DNA of 64,000 nucleotides from Gnetum montanum (GCA_015680685.1 MNCI01002702.1:63450-127449), one strand, 5' to 3'; shown: positions 12,671-27,900, numbered from the stretch's first letter. Notes: generated from the letters alone by a model not told the origin. Numbers and translations are program-made.

Positions 12671-14379
12671 GAGTCACCAATAGTAGTTCATCATCATTGC
12701 TACGTCGATGATGCAGATGATGGTTTTGACCACCCCTTTGATTTTAGTGGCCTTTACAGTCATTGTTATCTCACTGATCACCTTCATCATGGTTGTTTCA
12801 ATGGTGGCTTCCATGAGAACCATCAGATGAAGAGGAACATTCAGAATCAGATGAAGAGGATGAAGAGGAAGGTAAACCACCATCACCATTGCAGTGTCTG
12901 CCACCACTCTTATGCGTATTATGATCCCTTGTTTTTATGATGTTTACCCAAGTCCATATCTTGGCTATCACTCTTTCCTAAACCCAATTTGTAAATAGTG
13001 GATCGTAGGATCAGGTTCACATCGTCACCATCAATAGCAAGGGGTGGAGAATCTTCATGCTGAGAACCTTCCAAGGGAGGATCCTCATTGTCATCTTGGT
13101 GTAGTAGGAATAAGGGATTAGTGTAATGTTTCCCCTTTGTAGCTTCATGGAGTTTCTCCTAACGTTGATCTTGTTTGCATTGTGTTTTAGTGGGATAGTA
13201 GTTTTTAATAGCATTCTAGGCATAGATCGATTGGCAAGCAAGACAATATTGCCCTCCATATCATGCCATTGCAGCTGTTCATCCTGATGTAGGATGAAGC
13301 TGAAATTTGGGACAAACTCATTTGGATGAGTGTATACCACCTTGCATTCTTGTGGGACTAGTGACTTGGTATCTTTGTGCTTGCGAGAAGAAGAAGACAT
13401 TTTGCAAAAAAAAAAAAATGCAATTGTCAATGTGCTTTTATAATTCTATGTATAGTGGGAATGATATTGACCTTTAGGTTCGTACAATGATATAATGGTA
13501 TTCACTTAGACCTAAATAGTGCATGTTCCACAAAAAAAGTCCATGGAAGCAATGCCAATGATGAGCAACAAGGTACCCCTATGCCCAACCATACAAACCA
13601 CAAAGCGTTCACATGCAACTTGGTCGAATTTTGCAAACTTTATCATTTGTAGTACACTAGTCCTTTAAGAAGTGAATTTAGCCCTAAGCTCAATCGTTGT
13701 CTTTGCAATTACACTTGTGACATTTGTTGGTATGGTTAAATGGAACTGAGGCATTCAATTTTTATCATTTTTTATGTTTTATAGTTGGGTGCTTTAATTG
13801 TAGATAAAAAGGGATTTGATTAACTAATCTAAATTAACTAATTAACTAATCTTAACATAAGTATCCATTCCCACTTTCCGTACATGTCTTGAACCCATGT
13901 ATCTATTGTTGGGTGACCAAGTGCGTTATGCTACTAGGCGTACCAAGTGATTACATGTTACGCTCACTTGGTAATAAATGACTAAAAACATTAAATGCAT
14001 AAATGAAATAGCAAATCTATCCAAAGTGCTACAAGGTTTATCAAAAATCTCATCTTTATTGCCGCACATACTATCATGCTCAAGTACAACAATGCTTGAA
14101 TAAAGATCTGTACACTCAATGGCTCCTGCTGCAGGCACTCGAAGGAAAAATTATAACTTTGAAATGGAAAAAAATGTAAGAGCTCCAATGCAACTACAAT
14201 CTACTTATGTCATAAATGTAGCTGCAAATGTGTATTTATAGATAACACATGATACTACATTGACAGGGCCACGTTGACACATGATATAATGCATCAACTA
14301 GGCCTTGTTGACAAGGCCTAGACGACAAGGCTACGTTGACAAGGTTTCATTGACACAATTGATAGAATGCAACTCATCA
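12671..14379 (-). mobile_element. 5' end of a third Athila-like element A3 (LTR 13559-14379, degenerate PBS, gag N-terminus)
   Basis: TGATGAG/CTCATCA termini, TATAAATA on minus near 14235, ORF 13017-13430 homologous to A1 ORF 1023-1346. Confidence 0.85.
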
Positions 14380-14898
14380 CAAGGGTATCATAACCTTTAC
14401 AAAGTTTGAGCTTCACAAGGGGTGTTTTCACATAGAAACATATCCAATCCTGGAAGGTCCAAACAAGCTCAAATGATGTCTTCTCACAAGAAGCAGATCA
14501 ACCTTGTAGGGCTTACAAAGAAAGAGAGGAAAGATCAAGGAGAGAATGCAACTACAATTATGGATTCCTTTCTTGGAAGCTCTCAATAATTATAATATAC
14601 AACAAAAGCTAAGGAGTTGAAGTATGAAACAATTTTAAATATGTATAAAATGATGATAATCTATTAGATGTTAGTTATTAATCCCTTGATAACAATGTTT
14701 GAGAAACTTCATTGAATTTATTGCATCCTTGTTCCTAACCTTAGGTTGGAGAGTGTTACTTAGGGTATAAACCCCTAATGAAACATTTATGAATCTACAC
14801 AACGAAAGAAAATTGAAGGAAAGGTTATAGTAAAGACATGAGCAAGGACATAATGAAATTGACAAAGTGAAAGAAAAAATGTATCATTTAAATTATAC

Positions 14899-15852
14899 TA
14901 TACATGGAGTAGGTTCACTCCAATATTAAAATCATCTTCCAACACTAAATCTAGATATTATGAAAAGATAATTTATTTGATAAAAACATGAAAACTAACT
15001 ATCTTTAATTATTTAAAAGAGAAGATTAGAATAGGGTTCCCAAAACCCACAAAATTATAAAAACCTCTCTAAACACTCAAACAATGCTATAGAGCATGAG
15101 GCTGTACAATCACATAATGGTTGTTCTCAATGCAAGACACAAGTGATGGAGAATCTCTTCCACAAATTGGAACTAAGATCTTAACTCATAAGTAATACTA
15201 GAACATGTAGGCCAACACACAACACAATTGATCTTGAAGTTAAAACCTCTATGTACTTAGTTAGTGTGCTCTCTAAATCTTTCGTTCAAGTTTAACACAA
15301 GAACTTACATGACATCTCTTTGTATCTTCAAGTGTGTAACAAGAATGAAACATCAAAAATATTAATTAGAAAATAAGATAAAAACCTAGGAAACCTTCCA
15401 CAAGCTCAATTTAGAGTTTCCATGTTGTTTCTATATTTTTCAATCTTCTCCCTACTATTTCCCAACTTGTAATAGTTAATTCTAGAAGTTTCTCTAGCCA
15501 TACAGGTTGTCTCTAGTCTCCTTGGGTCATCTCTATAAAATTCAACTTTTAGAAAAGATATCTCTTGAGAGTGGAAGATGTCTCCTCTAGCTGAGTTGTC
15601 TTATCTATCTAGGAGATGTCACCTCTTAGACATCTTTACTTCTAGAAAGATGTCTCCTATTAGTGAGAGACATCTCCTGCAAAGACTTATCTCTTGGTAG
15701 AGACATCTCTTGCATGTCCCAAACATCTCTTGTAAAGTCCCATCTCCTAGACAAGACACCTCATTGACCTCCAAGATGTCTTCATAGAGACTAAAACCTA
15801 AAAAAAATTACACATAGAAAAACACAAGGGGATTGGAAAAAATGTTCCTACA
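14899..15852 (-). repeat. Chromovirus 3' LTR
   Basis: Colinear with 52447-53403; starts TGTAGG on minus; PPT GGATGGGAGAG at ~15856-15867. Confidence 0.85.
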
Positions 15853-15899
15853 TGAGCTCTCCCATCCTTCAAAGAGTGAACTCATGTGAACAAGGAAGT

Positions 15900-16111
15900 A
15901 GGGGTTGAAGTGATTCCCCACTCATGGAGTTTGGTTTCATGGACTCATACAACATCATCCATGAATTGATCCTTCCAATGAATTAGATGTTCATGCCTCT
16001 TAACTCCCCCAATTATAGAAGCTTTCCTCCACTTGAGTATGATTATCTTCTTCTCCATTGAAGGCTTGAACTGATCAGTAGCCCCTTTTAACTCATCAAT
16101 GCCATCTTGTA
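15900..16111 (-). pseudogene. Integrase C-terminal chromodomain remnant
   Basis: Minus strand reads IIILKWRKASIIGGVKRHEHLIHWKDQFMDDVV*VHETKL, fitting the chromodomain pattern YLVKWK..EDATWE. Confidence 0.65.
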
Positions 16112-17401
16112 TGATGAAACATCACTAAGAAAATTCATGTTGCAACTTTTTAGCATTGTAACCTTCACCATTAGAACTTGAGGCTGAACTTTATTATAAA
16201 ATGTGAGGTTTGTAGCCCATGAAGTGCAATCTCATATACCTTGAATTTTTGGGGCTAAAAAATTCCTCATAAGTTGTTGTAGCCCCGCTTCCTAAGTGGA
16301 AAAAGCAATGCCATGTCTATATTCGGGCTTAGGAAGGCTAAAAATTCCTTGGGAACTACCAAATTTTGGTTTTTTCATGGGTTTATGTTGGTCATAGCCA
16401 AAACTAAATTGGAGCCACTTACACCCAACATTGGAATTGTTGAGCTTTCATTTTTCCAACATGGCCAACATCATTCCAGCAAGGCCAGTGTGGTCCTAGA
16501 AAGGCAAGCGAGGATTCCATGTGGTCAACGAAGGTTCCATGAAGCCAACAAGGATTCCATGAAGTCGATGAGGATTTCATAAAGCTAGCATAGTTTTCCA
16601 AGGCTAACATGGTTCTTGTGAAGCCAACATAGTTTTCAAAGTTCATTTACTTTTTATAGCACTCAATGTAGTTTTGATAGCCTTAGGGCATAAAAATTAC
16701 CATAAGTGAAAAACTATGCTAAAAATGAGGGCCTATCACACTTGCAAATTACATCAATTTGTTAGCACTCATGGCAGAAATTTATAGCCTCAAATTGGCA
16801 ATCGTATAAAGAATAAAAGCAAAATTTGAATAAACTAAACAAGCTCTTCAACATTCTTGAGCTCTGGAACTTTTGCAACCTTTGGCATTTTTGGAGATCT
16901 TTTGGAGCAAATTGAAAATTGATTGAGCATTAAAAACTCTCAATGTAGTTCCATAACATCAAAAGGTCAAGTGCAATAACCACCACTTCACAACTAGTGT
17001 TACAGATCCAACTTGAGAACCAGTAAGAAGTTTTGACAATTGAATCTAGGAAGTACCTAGATTGTGAGGCTGACTACAGAACATAAGCTACTACCTTCAA
17101 CAGTCTTCAAGCTTCATCTATGTAGCTCCCTATCCACTTGGGCACATTAATTTGTACACATTTGGACTCTATACTTTCAATAGTTTATTAGTGCAATAAA
17201 TTTTATAGTTCATTTATTGTGCAAGTTTATTCTACATTTAAATTTTGTGCTTTCTCTTAAATTGGATTTGGATTTTTATTTAAATTATTTAATACCCGTT
17301 TATGCTTTTGAAGTCTGTGGGTGATCGACAAGACCATCCATAGTGCCTTGGATCCTCTTTCTTGGGGACCCTTGGGATCCAAGGTTAAACTATTTTCATC
17401 A
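16112..17401 (+). repeat. Tat 5' LTR (1290 bp) containing a 20-bp tandem subrepeat at ~16500-16600
   Basis: TGATGAAA...TTTCATCA; 16112-16785 colinear with 41608-42280. Confidence 0.88.
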
Positions 17402-18232
17402 AAGATCTTTGGTTTTTCCAGATTGAATTTTTCTGGCGCAATAGTTTCTGCTGCTAGAAGGATGACCTTTGCCCAAGTTCTTTGCCTAAATCTTGTATTG
17501 CCATTGCTTGATTTCCAGTTTCAATCATTGTCTACCTTTCTTAACATTAAAAAAAAAACTCTAAATTTCACCAAGAAAGTTGTCCATGAAAGCCAACACT
17601 GCCACTCATTCCCTTGCAGTTCCTACTTAGTGTATCAATTGCAAGTGGTTTGGGTGCTTCCAAAATTTTCATAGTAGTTTCTAGACTTCCTAAAGCTAGC
17701 ATACTTTCCTATCAAAACCTACTACTTTATTTGATTGAAATATACCTTTGGTGTACCTTAAAGGCCAACGTTTTTTTCCACTCAATTACCCAACTCCCTA
17801 GTGTGAAATTTCATGAGAAAGACTAGCATGATTCTTCCCAAGATTCCAACATAGTTTTGGGAAAATCAACACTTCACGGTTACCTTTTGAAAACTAGCGC
17901 ACATTTTCAAGGAGAGAGTATTCCTAGTGTAGTTTTGCTAGGTAGAGAAATCATTTATTGCCTACCCTCTAGCATAGTTCTTATTGGTAAAGCAAGCATA
18001 GTTATTTCTACCAATATTAAACTTACCAGATTTTGCTAGGTGCAGTACATACAACTATTTCTACAACCTACACTGCACTTACAGTTGTAGTTCCAACCTT
18101 TGTTACAGCCATAACTATTTACACATTGGGCAATTTCACTTGTTGGAATTTTGAGTTGAAAAGAAAAAACAAATTAAAAACATTGCCAATGCGTTTTAGC
18201 AAATCCATAGTATTGCCCATTAACCTTATCGA

Positions 18233-21200
18233 TATGACCACCAACAAAGCTGCTATGAAGGTGTATGACCTAAGGGATTCGGCTGTGGTTGAGTGTATGT
18301 AATAGCTCAGGAAAAGGGGATAAAAACTAGATTTTACCATTATAAATGAAGATTATATAACTTCATATGTGTTAAGATTCAAGTTGGCTTACTCATCCCA
18401 TGCATAGAAGTTGAGTCCAAGCATGAGTTTGAATTAATTCACAGAAATGGGAAGGAGTACATTCCTTCCTCCTATGAAAAAATACAACTAAATGACATCC
18501 ACATGCACATATTGGCCCAAATGATAGAGATGGATGAACTAGGTGGAGAAACTAATTTAGAAAGTCAACATGAAGAATTAGATGGGTTTAATGCCAAAAT
18601 TGAACCTGATAATTTCATTGGGAGCCTTTTCCAAAAATCGGCTTCCTAGGCTACTGCACCCAGTTTGTCCTCTCTTGCCTCTTCTAGAGGGCAAGTTCCT
18701 TAGCCCTCTTCTCCTATTTACCCTACTATGTTAGGGCCAAGACCCATCATAGTAGCCCACTAGGCACAATTTGTGCCTCAATTGACTTCCATTTTTTCCT
18801 TCGTGCCTTTCACCATGCAGCCTTGATCTACACGATCATCACCTATGGTATTCACCACAGCACACCCCTTTTTCATCCTAGTGGACTCCTCAATAGGACC
18901 CCAAGCAACTTAGGAATCTCACACCCCACTTCCCCCCTTTATCCCTCAACTACTTGCTCCAATGTCATTTTCACTATTCGGTTCCCCTAGAACCATGATA
19001 ACCTTACCTCTTCCCTTTGTACTATAATCCATTGCTAGGACACAAGCCTCCCACTTTACTTCACAATCATTTGTTCAAACCCTACAACCCACAGAAATGC
19101 CTCAAGGCTTGGATTAGGCCTACCAAATGATCCAAGGCCTTATAAAAGAGTTATGAAAACTTAAAGCCTCAACTATGTAGATAGTCAGGATCATGGACTT
19201 TTATCAAGATGATCCTATTAATCTACTTGTTTCACAAATAACTCTTCCCCTAGGCATTCCCATACCCTAGTTTACAAAGTACAATGATGAGGATGACCTC
19301 AACGCTCACCTCATCACTTTCCACTTTGAGTGCTTGTTGATATAGGCTTGGCCTAATATACCATAATGAGAATCTTTCCTATGTCTCTTGTGGAGAAGGC
19401 CTTAGACTTGAAGACTTGATACCACAATTTGCAAGCCATTTTAAGTACAACTTGAAACCAAATACCACCCCAAATCAACTGATGAAAATCAAATAGGGGC
19501 CCCTTGAACCAGTTCAGAAGTTCATCCAAAGGTGGAATGCTCTAATGAATGAGATTCCAAAACCCATAGTTGAGATCCACCTTCTAGCCATCTTTAAGAG
19601 GAGGGTCAATGACTTTATTACCTAGTCCCATAGTCACTCAATCAAGCCTTCTCATAGTCTAAGAACATAGAAGATGCTTCTAAGGCCAACCATGACCTTG
19701 CCTATGTAGCATATAAAATTAACACACATGAAAGGATAAGGAGAAGGGGAGGTAAAACCATGTAGCCATGGCCACTTTGGCCAAAGACAACAAAACCATG
19801 TAGGGGCCAAAAACAAACCAACACAAGGCCCCTATCATAAACAACCAACCATCAACATCTAGGGCCTCTACATCAAGCAATGCAAGGCCTAACTATGAGA
19901 GGAAGGATCAGTCAAAGTACACTAGGATACTTCTAAAATTGTCTAAACTCCTTGATCAGTTGCTTAAGAGTGGATAGATCTAGTACAAACAAATGATAGA
20001 GAATGCCAACAAGAGGCATGATTGATTATGTGAAATTCAAAATAATCCCACACTTACAACTAAGGATGACTTGCCTACACCTAAATATTTCAAACTTGAC
20101 CATTTTTTCCATTATCATCAGCTACCAAGTCATGATATTGGCTTCTACCTAGCCTTGAAGGATGACCTATAGAAGATGATAGGTAATGAGGAGCTTATGC
20201 TCAATGCCTCTAACCTCGGTAGACTACAATACTAGTCAATTTAGGTCTATAAAGACCCATTAAATGCCAACAACAACCCTTACACCATAGCTACATTCAA
20301 CATAAGCAACAATTGAAGACTTGTGTGGGAGCTGTTTGTGATTTAGATACCTCCTCATAATGAAAAGGACCCTTCAACTTCATCTAGTTCAAGGACTTCT
20401 TTTGTTGTAAGGATATCATCACTAGTTCCTTCCAAAGAATCCTTTGTGATTATAGAATCCCTCTTGTTACAATCAAACCTGCAACTACCATCGAATGATG
20501 TCCTCCCATAGTGGCCAATGTGATGACTTCTTTCGCAACCCAACAACAATAAGAAATCACTGAGCAAATAATGCAAGAAGTCTGCATCAAAGCCTAAAAC
20601 CAAGGATAACAAGTAGGCCAAGTCATGGAAGGAGGTGGGCCCACTTAAGCCTACTCCTATCTCATCCATCCCCATGAGCTCTAATGCTCAGGTTGCTTCA
20701 ACTAGTCAACCAAGGGAGGACCCCAACCCACAAGGGAATGGGAAAGAGGCCAAACCATAATAATTAAAACATGAAGTTGGCATCTTGAGGCACATGAAGG
20801 AAGTCAAAATCAACAAGAATGAGAAGCCATCAGCTAATGACAAAGACTTCCTTAATGCTATGGAATAGGTGAAATAGTTTTTAAAATAGAAGAACACTTC
20901 CCTTAGCTTGTATGACCTAGTAATGACTTCTACTACTTACCATGAGGTCCTAGTAAATATGTTGACTTCAATTCCTATCGATGAGGAAATCCCAACTAAT
21001 GAAGATTCCATCCATGCAATGATGGTTCCAACCTCACCTAGGGAAGAAGCAAAGTCAACTACACTAGTATTATGTGATAGTGAAATCAAGATCAATCCCT
21101 AGGATGGTGAGATAAAAAGGGTTCCTCTCTTCATAACCATAAAGATGGGGCAATACAAGGTACATATGATGCATGTTGACAATGGGATGACCACTAACAT

Positions 21201-21720
21201 TATACCCTATATTATCATTGAACTGTGGTCTAATAGAACACATGCAAAATACCTCTACTTCCATCCTTAAATCCTTTAACAAATCTTGGGTTGCAGTAAA
21301 TGGTTTAATCTTCCTAGATTATGTAGCAGGGGAATAATTCCCCACAACAGCCAACTTCTTGGTGCTAGAAGAGATACCAAGATTTAACCTCATCCTAGGG
21401 AGGCCTTGGCTAGCTTACTTACAAGTAGTTTCCTCATCCATCCACTTAGAAATTCACTTGCCTTATGAGGAAGGTGAAATAATTATTCATGGTGACAGTG
21501 CAGTTTCCTTGGCAATCAACAATGTTGATGTAGAGTAAGGGTTTGAAGTGGAGTTTTAGGAAGAAAATCCTACTGTTAAAAACAAATTCAAAAATCCTAA
21601 TAGACCAGAAGATTGCAAAATCGACAACAATAGGACCATGTATGCACCATGGGAAGAGCTCACCTTTAACGTGATTAGTGAGGGTAATGGGGAGTATAAA
21701 ATCATGCAATGGAACCATAC
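18233..21720 (+). pseudogene. gag: Tat gag-protease remnant
   Basis: FTKYNDEDDLNAHLITF gag motif ~19270; protease-like MMHVDNGMTTNII ~21170 and FNLILGRPWL ~21385; many stops. Confidence 0.7.
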
Positions 21721-22559
21721 ACCTTTCCTTATCTTTTAAAGATTAAGAAACACCTACACTGTTAACATACATTTCATACTCACTTGCCCGTATGTTGATA
21801 ACTGTGTAACCTTCTCTTTTACTTTCTTAGCCTAGTTTAAGCTTTATTTACATGCATCATTTTTTTGCATTACTTTATTTTGCCTTGTTCTAGCTTTATT
21901 TCACACATACCTTATGATTTATTCTTATTTATAGTTTACCTTTTTATGCCTTGCCTTTTCTAAAACATGAAAAATGAAATAATAAATTTTAAAACTAAAA
22001 AATCCTTAAAAAATTTTAAACATAAAACTTACAAAAATTTTTACAACTGGCTAAGGCCTAAAACTAGCAAAACCATGGCCTTCCAAGGCTTTAAACTGGT
22101 GGTCAGCCAAGGCATTAAACTAGTAACTCCTTTATAACTTATTTCAAGTTTATCTTCATTATAGCCCTTATACCTTAGTTTACATTTTATTTTCCTAGCT
22201 AGTTTACATTTTGATGTACCAATTATTGGCTTATAACTACATGCTTTTAACCAACATAGCCTCATAACATCAATAAAATGTATAATGCAAAAAATGCCTA
22301 AAGTTACAAATGTTAAAACATATAAGAAAAATTAAAAATAATGATAATCAAAATGTCCATAACCCATAGCCATAGTTACACAGTGTGAAAAAAGTTCAAA
22401 TGACATATAAACTAAATAAGAGTTCAATGGCTATAGTTACACTACATAGCAATAAAATAAAAAATTAATAAGTAGTCTCCTAACAACCAAAGGCTAAAAA
22501 TAGCCATAACACCATAACATCAACAACAAATAGCCAAGAGCATGATCAAATTGGTGGGA

Positions 22560-25500
22560 CTAAGGTACAACTAGATGGGGAGGAGGAGCATGATCAATGT
22601 TATCACTACTAGGGCTATTACTATCACTTGGTACCTATACTAATCAGAAGAACAAGGGTCTAATCAGTAATCAACAAAACAAGAAACTAAATTAAAAATT
22701 GAACCAAACTAAAATATACTAGAATAAGTAAATTAATTAAAAAATAAAAAAACCTAGTAAGATTTTGGTGTAACATCTTTGGCAAGGAAGTTACAAAGAT
22801 TAGCCTCTAGATGATGGAGAATCTAATCTTCAGGCATGTTGGCCCAATCCACTTCCCCAAGATTAAAACCTGTCAAGATGTTCCTCTCGTTGATGTTAGT
22901 CCATGTGGGTGTCTCTTGTGAAAGGATGGTAGTAGTTTCTTCCCATAAAGTGATGGTGATTTGAGTAGGGGAATCGAAAACAACTAGAGAACCTTTAAAT
23001 AACTTGAAGGCCTTCCCTACATTGATTTCCTTCATGAACATCTCGAACTTGTGCGTCTCTATGGACTACTCCTGTAATCACTTTAAGTAATTGTTCTATT
23101 TGGCCTTGTATTTCTTTTTGTGGTTCTTTTGTGGATAGCCCCACTTAAGGACCCTAGCACAATAGTCCCTCCACTCCCTAGCTTTGTGTCACAATAGGTC
23201 CATATGTAACTTTTTCTTCACAAGGCTCTTGGCAAGAGTAACCTTACCATGGATGGCATTCTAGTAACATTATGATTCAATTTTCTTAGTTCACAAGTAG
23301 TCTCTATTAGTCACCTAGGCTTCTACAAACTCCTTATGATTCCTAAGGTCTCTTATCTCCTCTGTTTGTTGTTTGGTTTTCTTTTCCAACACTACAACTC
23401 GTTCTTAAAGGAATTCATTGGAATGTTAGATATCCCATGAAGTCTTAGCACATGAGAGCACATATTTAGTGATACTCTCGTATAACCTTCATGGAACATT
23501 CTCCACCTTAGGTAATAAGGGGAACAACTCTTCAAGCTTAACGGTGCATTTGGGATCCCATCCAACCTTGGACACTAAAAAAAATATAACAAAAATAAAC
23601 ACATAAAAATAGTAAATAACCAAACATAGCCAAAAATACTTTAAAAAACTAAAACCAAAAGACCAAAAAAACTTGAAAGACCATGGAACAAAAAAAATGA
23701 TAAATACACATAAAACAACAAAATAAATTAGATAAAGTATGCTAGTGTTCTTACCAACATCGGGAATAATTTTTTGTAACTGATCAATAATGTCTTTAGC
23801 TACGCCATGCATAAACTTAGTTTTGTTAGGAAATTCTAGCCATGGTTTAATTTTGAATGTAGAGGTGGATGCTTCTTAGCATGGTTTAGGCACTACAACA
23901 AGTATAACCATTAACTAAGGATCAAAGCCAAATTCCAACATAAAACCATAAGATGTATTACATAAAGAAAAATTCATAAGTACTTGGAAGATCATTTGGG
24001 ATAATAATGTGAGGTTAACCTAATTGTTAATCTTCAAATATGACATCAAGGACATCCAATGTGACATTGGATAGCCCTTCATCCTCATGTTGTTCTACCT
24101 CTACTGTTGTTGTTTGGGCTGCCCTTTCTTGTTGTTTACGTAAAAGAAGAATGAAAATAAAACATAGACCAAGTTAGCATACATTGTCTAGAACAAAACA
24201 ACATGACCATATACTATAAAACATAGATGCAAAATAACTTAAGCAAAAATGCAATTAGAACATACATATAACCACATGATGTGCTTGGCTAAGTTTGATG
24301 AAGAGTTTCTTCAAGGCAAGCTGCTCAACAATTGGTGCTATCTCCTCCACCATAAGCCTATTCAACTTTTCTTTGGCTACATCGTCAACCTTTGAATGTA
24401 ACTCCTTGGCCTTGTTAGCACTTCCATGGGTAACTTGGGGTTCAACCCACATGCTGTCATGGGAAGGACAATGCATACCACTAAAGTACTTAGTAGTGAG
24501 AGACAATGATTTCTTAATATGCTCTGGTAGGTTCTGAGCCTGCATGGTTGGAACAATATGTTTTACCAAAGGTTTAGAGAGTTGGGATGGATCATGACTT
24601 ACACATCTTCCATCCCTCTTCACAACCAAGAACTCCGTGAATCTCCTTAGATATGCTACAAAAAATGCAAAATGCATATGACATATTGTCCCAAGCTTAT
24701 TTCAAATTTTCAGGATCTCCTCTCGTAGCTCAAAATCCAAGTGAGTAGCCTAGTTGAATTGAGCATCCTTGGTGAGGACATTTTTCATGGTTCATGCTTG
24801 TTGAATGCCCAAGATCTTATTCTATGACAGTAATGTGGGGAATGCCTAGGACTGGAATAATAAGTACATGTAGTTAACCCCTATGACTTGGCATTGGTCT
24901 AGGGGCAATCTAGCATGACCACAACAAGTGTTTAGCCATTCTTCCACCTCCTTTTTATGGCTCACCTATTTCCCTACTTTGTTGGAAACCTTCATGTCCT
25001 CACAAGGGATGCCAAAGAGGTCACTAAAGGTAGATTCATTAATGGCCAAGATGATAGGCACATCGTGAACATGAGTGATGAAATTCTTGATTCCTTTGCC
25101 AAAGGAGTCTATGACATTCACCATCTCTAGGATAGGTATGGTTTGGTTAGGAGCCATAAATAAGTCAAGCAAACTTGCATTGGCAATCCTCACTTAGATG
25201 TCTCCATGTGCTTGGCTAGTCAACCAATGCTTTGCTGAATCCACCTCACAAAATTTGAGAGGATAAGTGTCTCCTCCACACATCTTGAAGTGATCACAAC
25301 AATAGTGGATGTAGGTGTAGCCCTACAACACAACAAAAATAGCCCATTAGATTTGGCATAGGTACATCATACGAAAAAAAATGATAAGAAACATAACAAA
25401 TTAAAATAAAACTTGCCACACCAATAAAACTAGTCAAAGAATTAAAGCCTAGATAACTTAACAACTATATAATTAGAAATCATTGGAATTGTATAAAAAA

Positions 25501-27900
25501 ATTTAAACATAATAAATAAATAAAAATTCTAAATTTGGTTACTTGATGAAGGAAACATGGGGACCTTAAGAGGTATATAGGCATGTACGCCAAAATCTAG
25601 GATACCCCACCAACTATGAGCTATCCCGTTAGCTAGGCAGTTATGGTTAGCTTAAGAGTAGCATGAGGTATACCTCTCAAAGTCATCCTTGAGCTATTCC
25701 ATCACTGTGAGCCTTACTACTTGGCTTTTGGCAAAGACCTGTAGTGCTGTGTGAGCCAAGTGCAAGATTTGGTCATTCTTGATCAACCCTTACCCTATAC
25801 CTACAACCATTTAAACCCAAAAAAAATTGTTAAACCATAATTGCCTAGTGAAACTAAAAGATGAACAAAAAAAACTTAAAATTACACTTATTCTTTCAAA
25901 TAGTAGAAAGTGCCAAGAGGCTTTTGGAACAAGGTGTGGACACGATGACTTATCATTAACATATTGTTGGCATTGTACTAAATCAACTTACACATATCCC
26001 AAATTTTGTATAACTTACGTGTGCTTGTGGTGTACATGCCATCATAACAATCATCTTCCACATGAGTGTCAGGGTCATCAACTATGAATTTAATGATGAG
26101 GTTGGTAGAATGGGGTAGTAGGGTCTCCATGATGATAGTTCCAATATTCGATGCCAAGTGTGACTATACAATCACACTAAAGTTCTAAAGCAAAAAGGCT
26201 AAGAACTCCTTGGCCCCTAGCCTATACCAAAGAGAGTCATTATCCAAGATCATATTAGTAGGTAGGGTGTTGGATCCTAGTGTTTGTATGTAGCAAAATA
26301 GCCTAACCAACTCAACCACCACTAGGATAGGCTTAAAGAAGGCCCTGCACAACCCAACAATGACCATTACAACCTTGTGTGACCATAACGAAAATTCAAC
26401 AACTGTTTAACAAAAATTATAAGCATGATGTCAATGTTTTCACACAAGATCAAACAAATAAAATCACAAATTTCAACTAGAAAAAAACAAAGCAAAATTT
26501 AACCAAAAGTTAAGCAAAAACCGAATAGCCCATTAACATCGATGGCAATCTCATAGTAGAAATACACAAAAAATTATAGAAATTTTATGCAAAAATTTTT
26601 AAAAACTATGATAACAAGCCTATACCAAAATTTAACCCACAAAAATAGTTATAAAATTCCAACTCGAACTTGATGAGATTTTGACTAGAAATCCTAGTTT
26701 ACGGTGAAATAGTTGTAGTAAAACTCTAGGAAAAATAGATAAAAAATTTCAAAAAAATTTAAAGAGATGTTGTAAATAACCATTAAAGACCCAAAATATT
26801 CCCAAAAGTATACCAACAGTACCTATAAAATTTGGGAGGCTTGCAGTTTCAAGAGTTGAAATTACAACTGTAAAGGGTAATTCACACTAACAAAAAAAAT
26901 GATAAGGTTTTACTAAAATTTGTTTTCTATGTCTAGGCATTGCAAATACACAAAATTTAACGAAGATTTGACATCAACATTGTAATTTTAGGCCAAGAAA
27001 AAATTCACATGACAACCTAGAACCATTTTGAAACTTTGAGGAAAACCTAGTTTGCAAGAAAATAGCTACAATAAGAGCCTTGAAAAAAATATGAAATTTT
27101 TTTTAAAAAATTTGAAATTGATACCAAACCTTCCCACATAGCCCTAAGGATCCTTAGGAAGTTGGGACATTGCCTAAAATTTTTTTTTTCAAGTGTCAAA
27201 GGGGTAAAACAACAAAAAAAAAAACCAAAAAATCCTTGTTCACTAACTTACAAAAAATTCATAAAAAAATAACCATAAGTCAAAAATTAGTGATTGAACC
27301 ACCAATTTGACCATTAAATAATGAGAAATTACCCTATGGATTTAGAAACCAAATATTCTATCCCTATTTCTTATGAAAAAAAAATTGAAAAGTAGCATTG
27401 CTTTTTGGTAAAAAAAAATAGCAAAAACGTGTAGGGTAGGCTAGATAAAAAATTAAAAATTTTGCACAGGAGGACCCTAAGGCAAAAATAACACTATGAA
27501 CACATGTTTGAAATCTAAACATAACACTTAAATGGTAGAAAATTAAATTTTCTTTGAACAATAGCCTTAAATCTTGTAAAATGCCTAAGTTTTAAGCCAA
27601 AATTGAGAAAAAATAGCTAACCAAAGGCACTTGGAAGTCATAGTTGAATAACCTTCTCTAAGAAAAGGCAATGGTATCTTGGAGATTCCATTGGTAGTAG
27701 CATTTTCCTCCTCTAGGGTTGGGTTTTTTTCTTGTGGATGCTCTTCTCTTGGATATCTTAGGCAAGCAATGGTAGAAAATCTTCAAATATCCTACCTCTT
27801 CCGTGTAGCTATGTTGATCCTTGGTGAATTTAGCAAAAACTACACTTAGGATGGATGGGATTGGAGCCAAAATTAATGGGGAAGCCTTGATTTGAATCAT
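22560..27900 (-). pseudogene. Spliced antisense accessory gene inside the Tat element (plant-transposon/env-like domain plus coiled coil)
   Basis: Co-framed minus ORF remnants (24966-25193 with 24255-24677; 23489-23812 with 22823-23041) separated by AT-rich GT-AG introns, e.g. 23575-23754, 23800-23983, 25323-25542, 25801-25885, ~22660-22753. Confidence 0.7.

Noticed and set aside
17402-17445. Tat PBS assignment
   Set aside because: TGGTTTTTCC... is too degenerate to assign a tRNA
23575-23754. Transmembrane segment in ORF 23489-23812
   Set aside because: It is read-through of a T-rich 180-bp GT-AG intron
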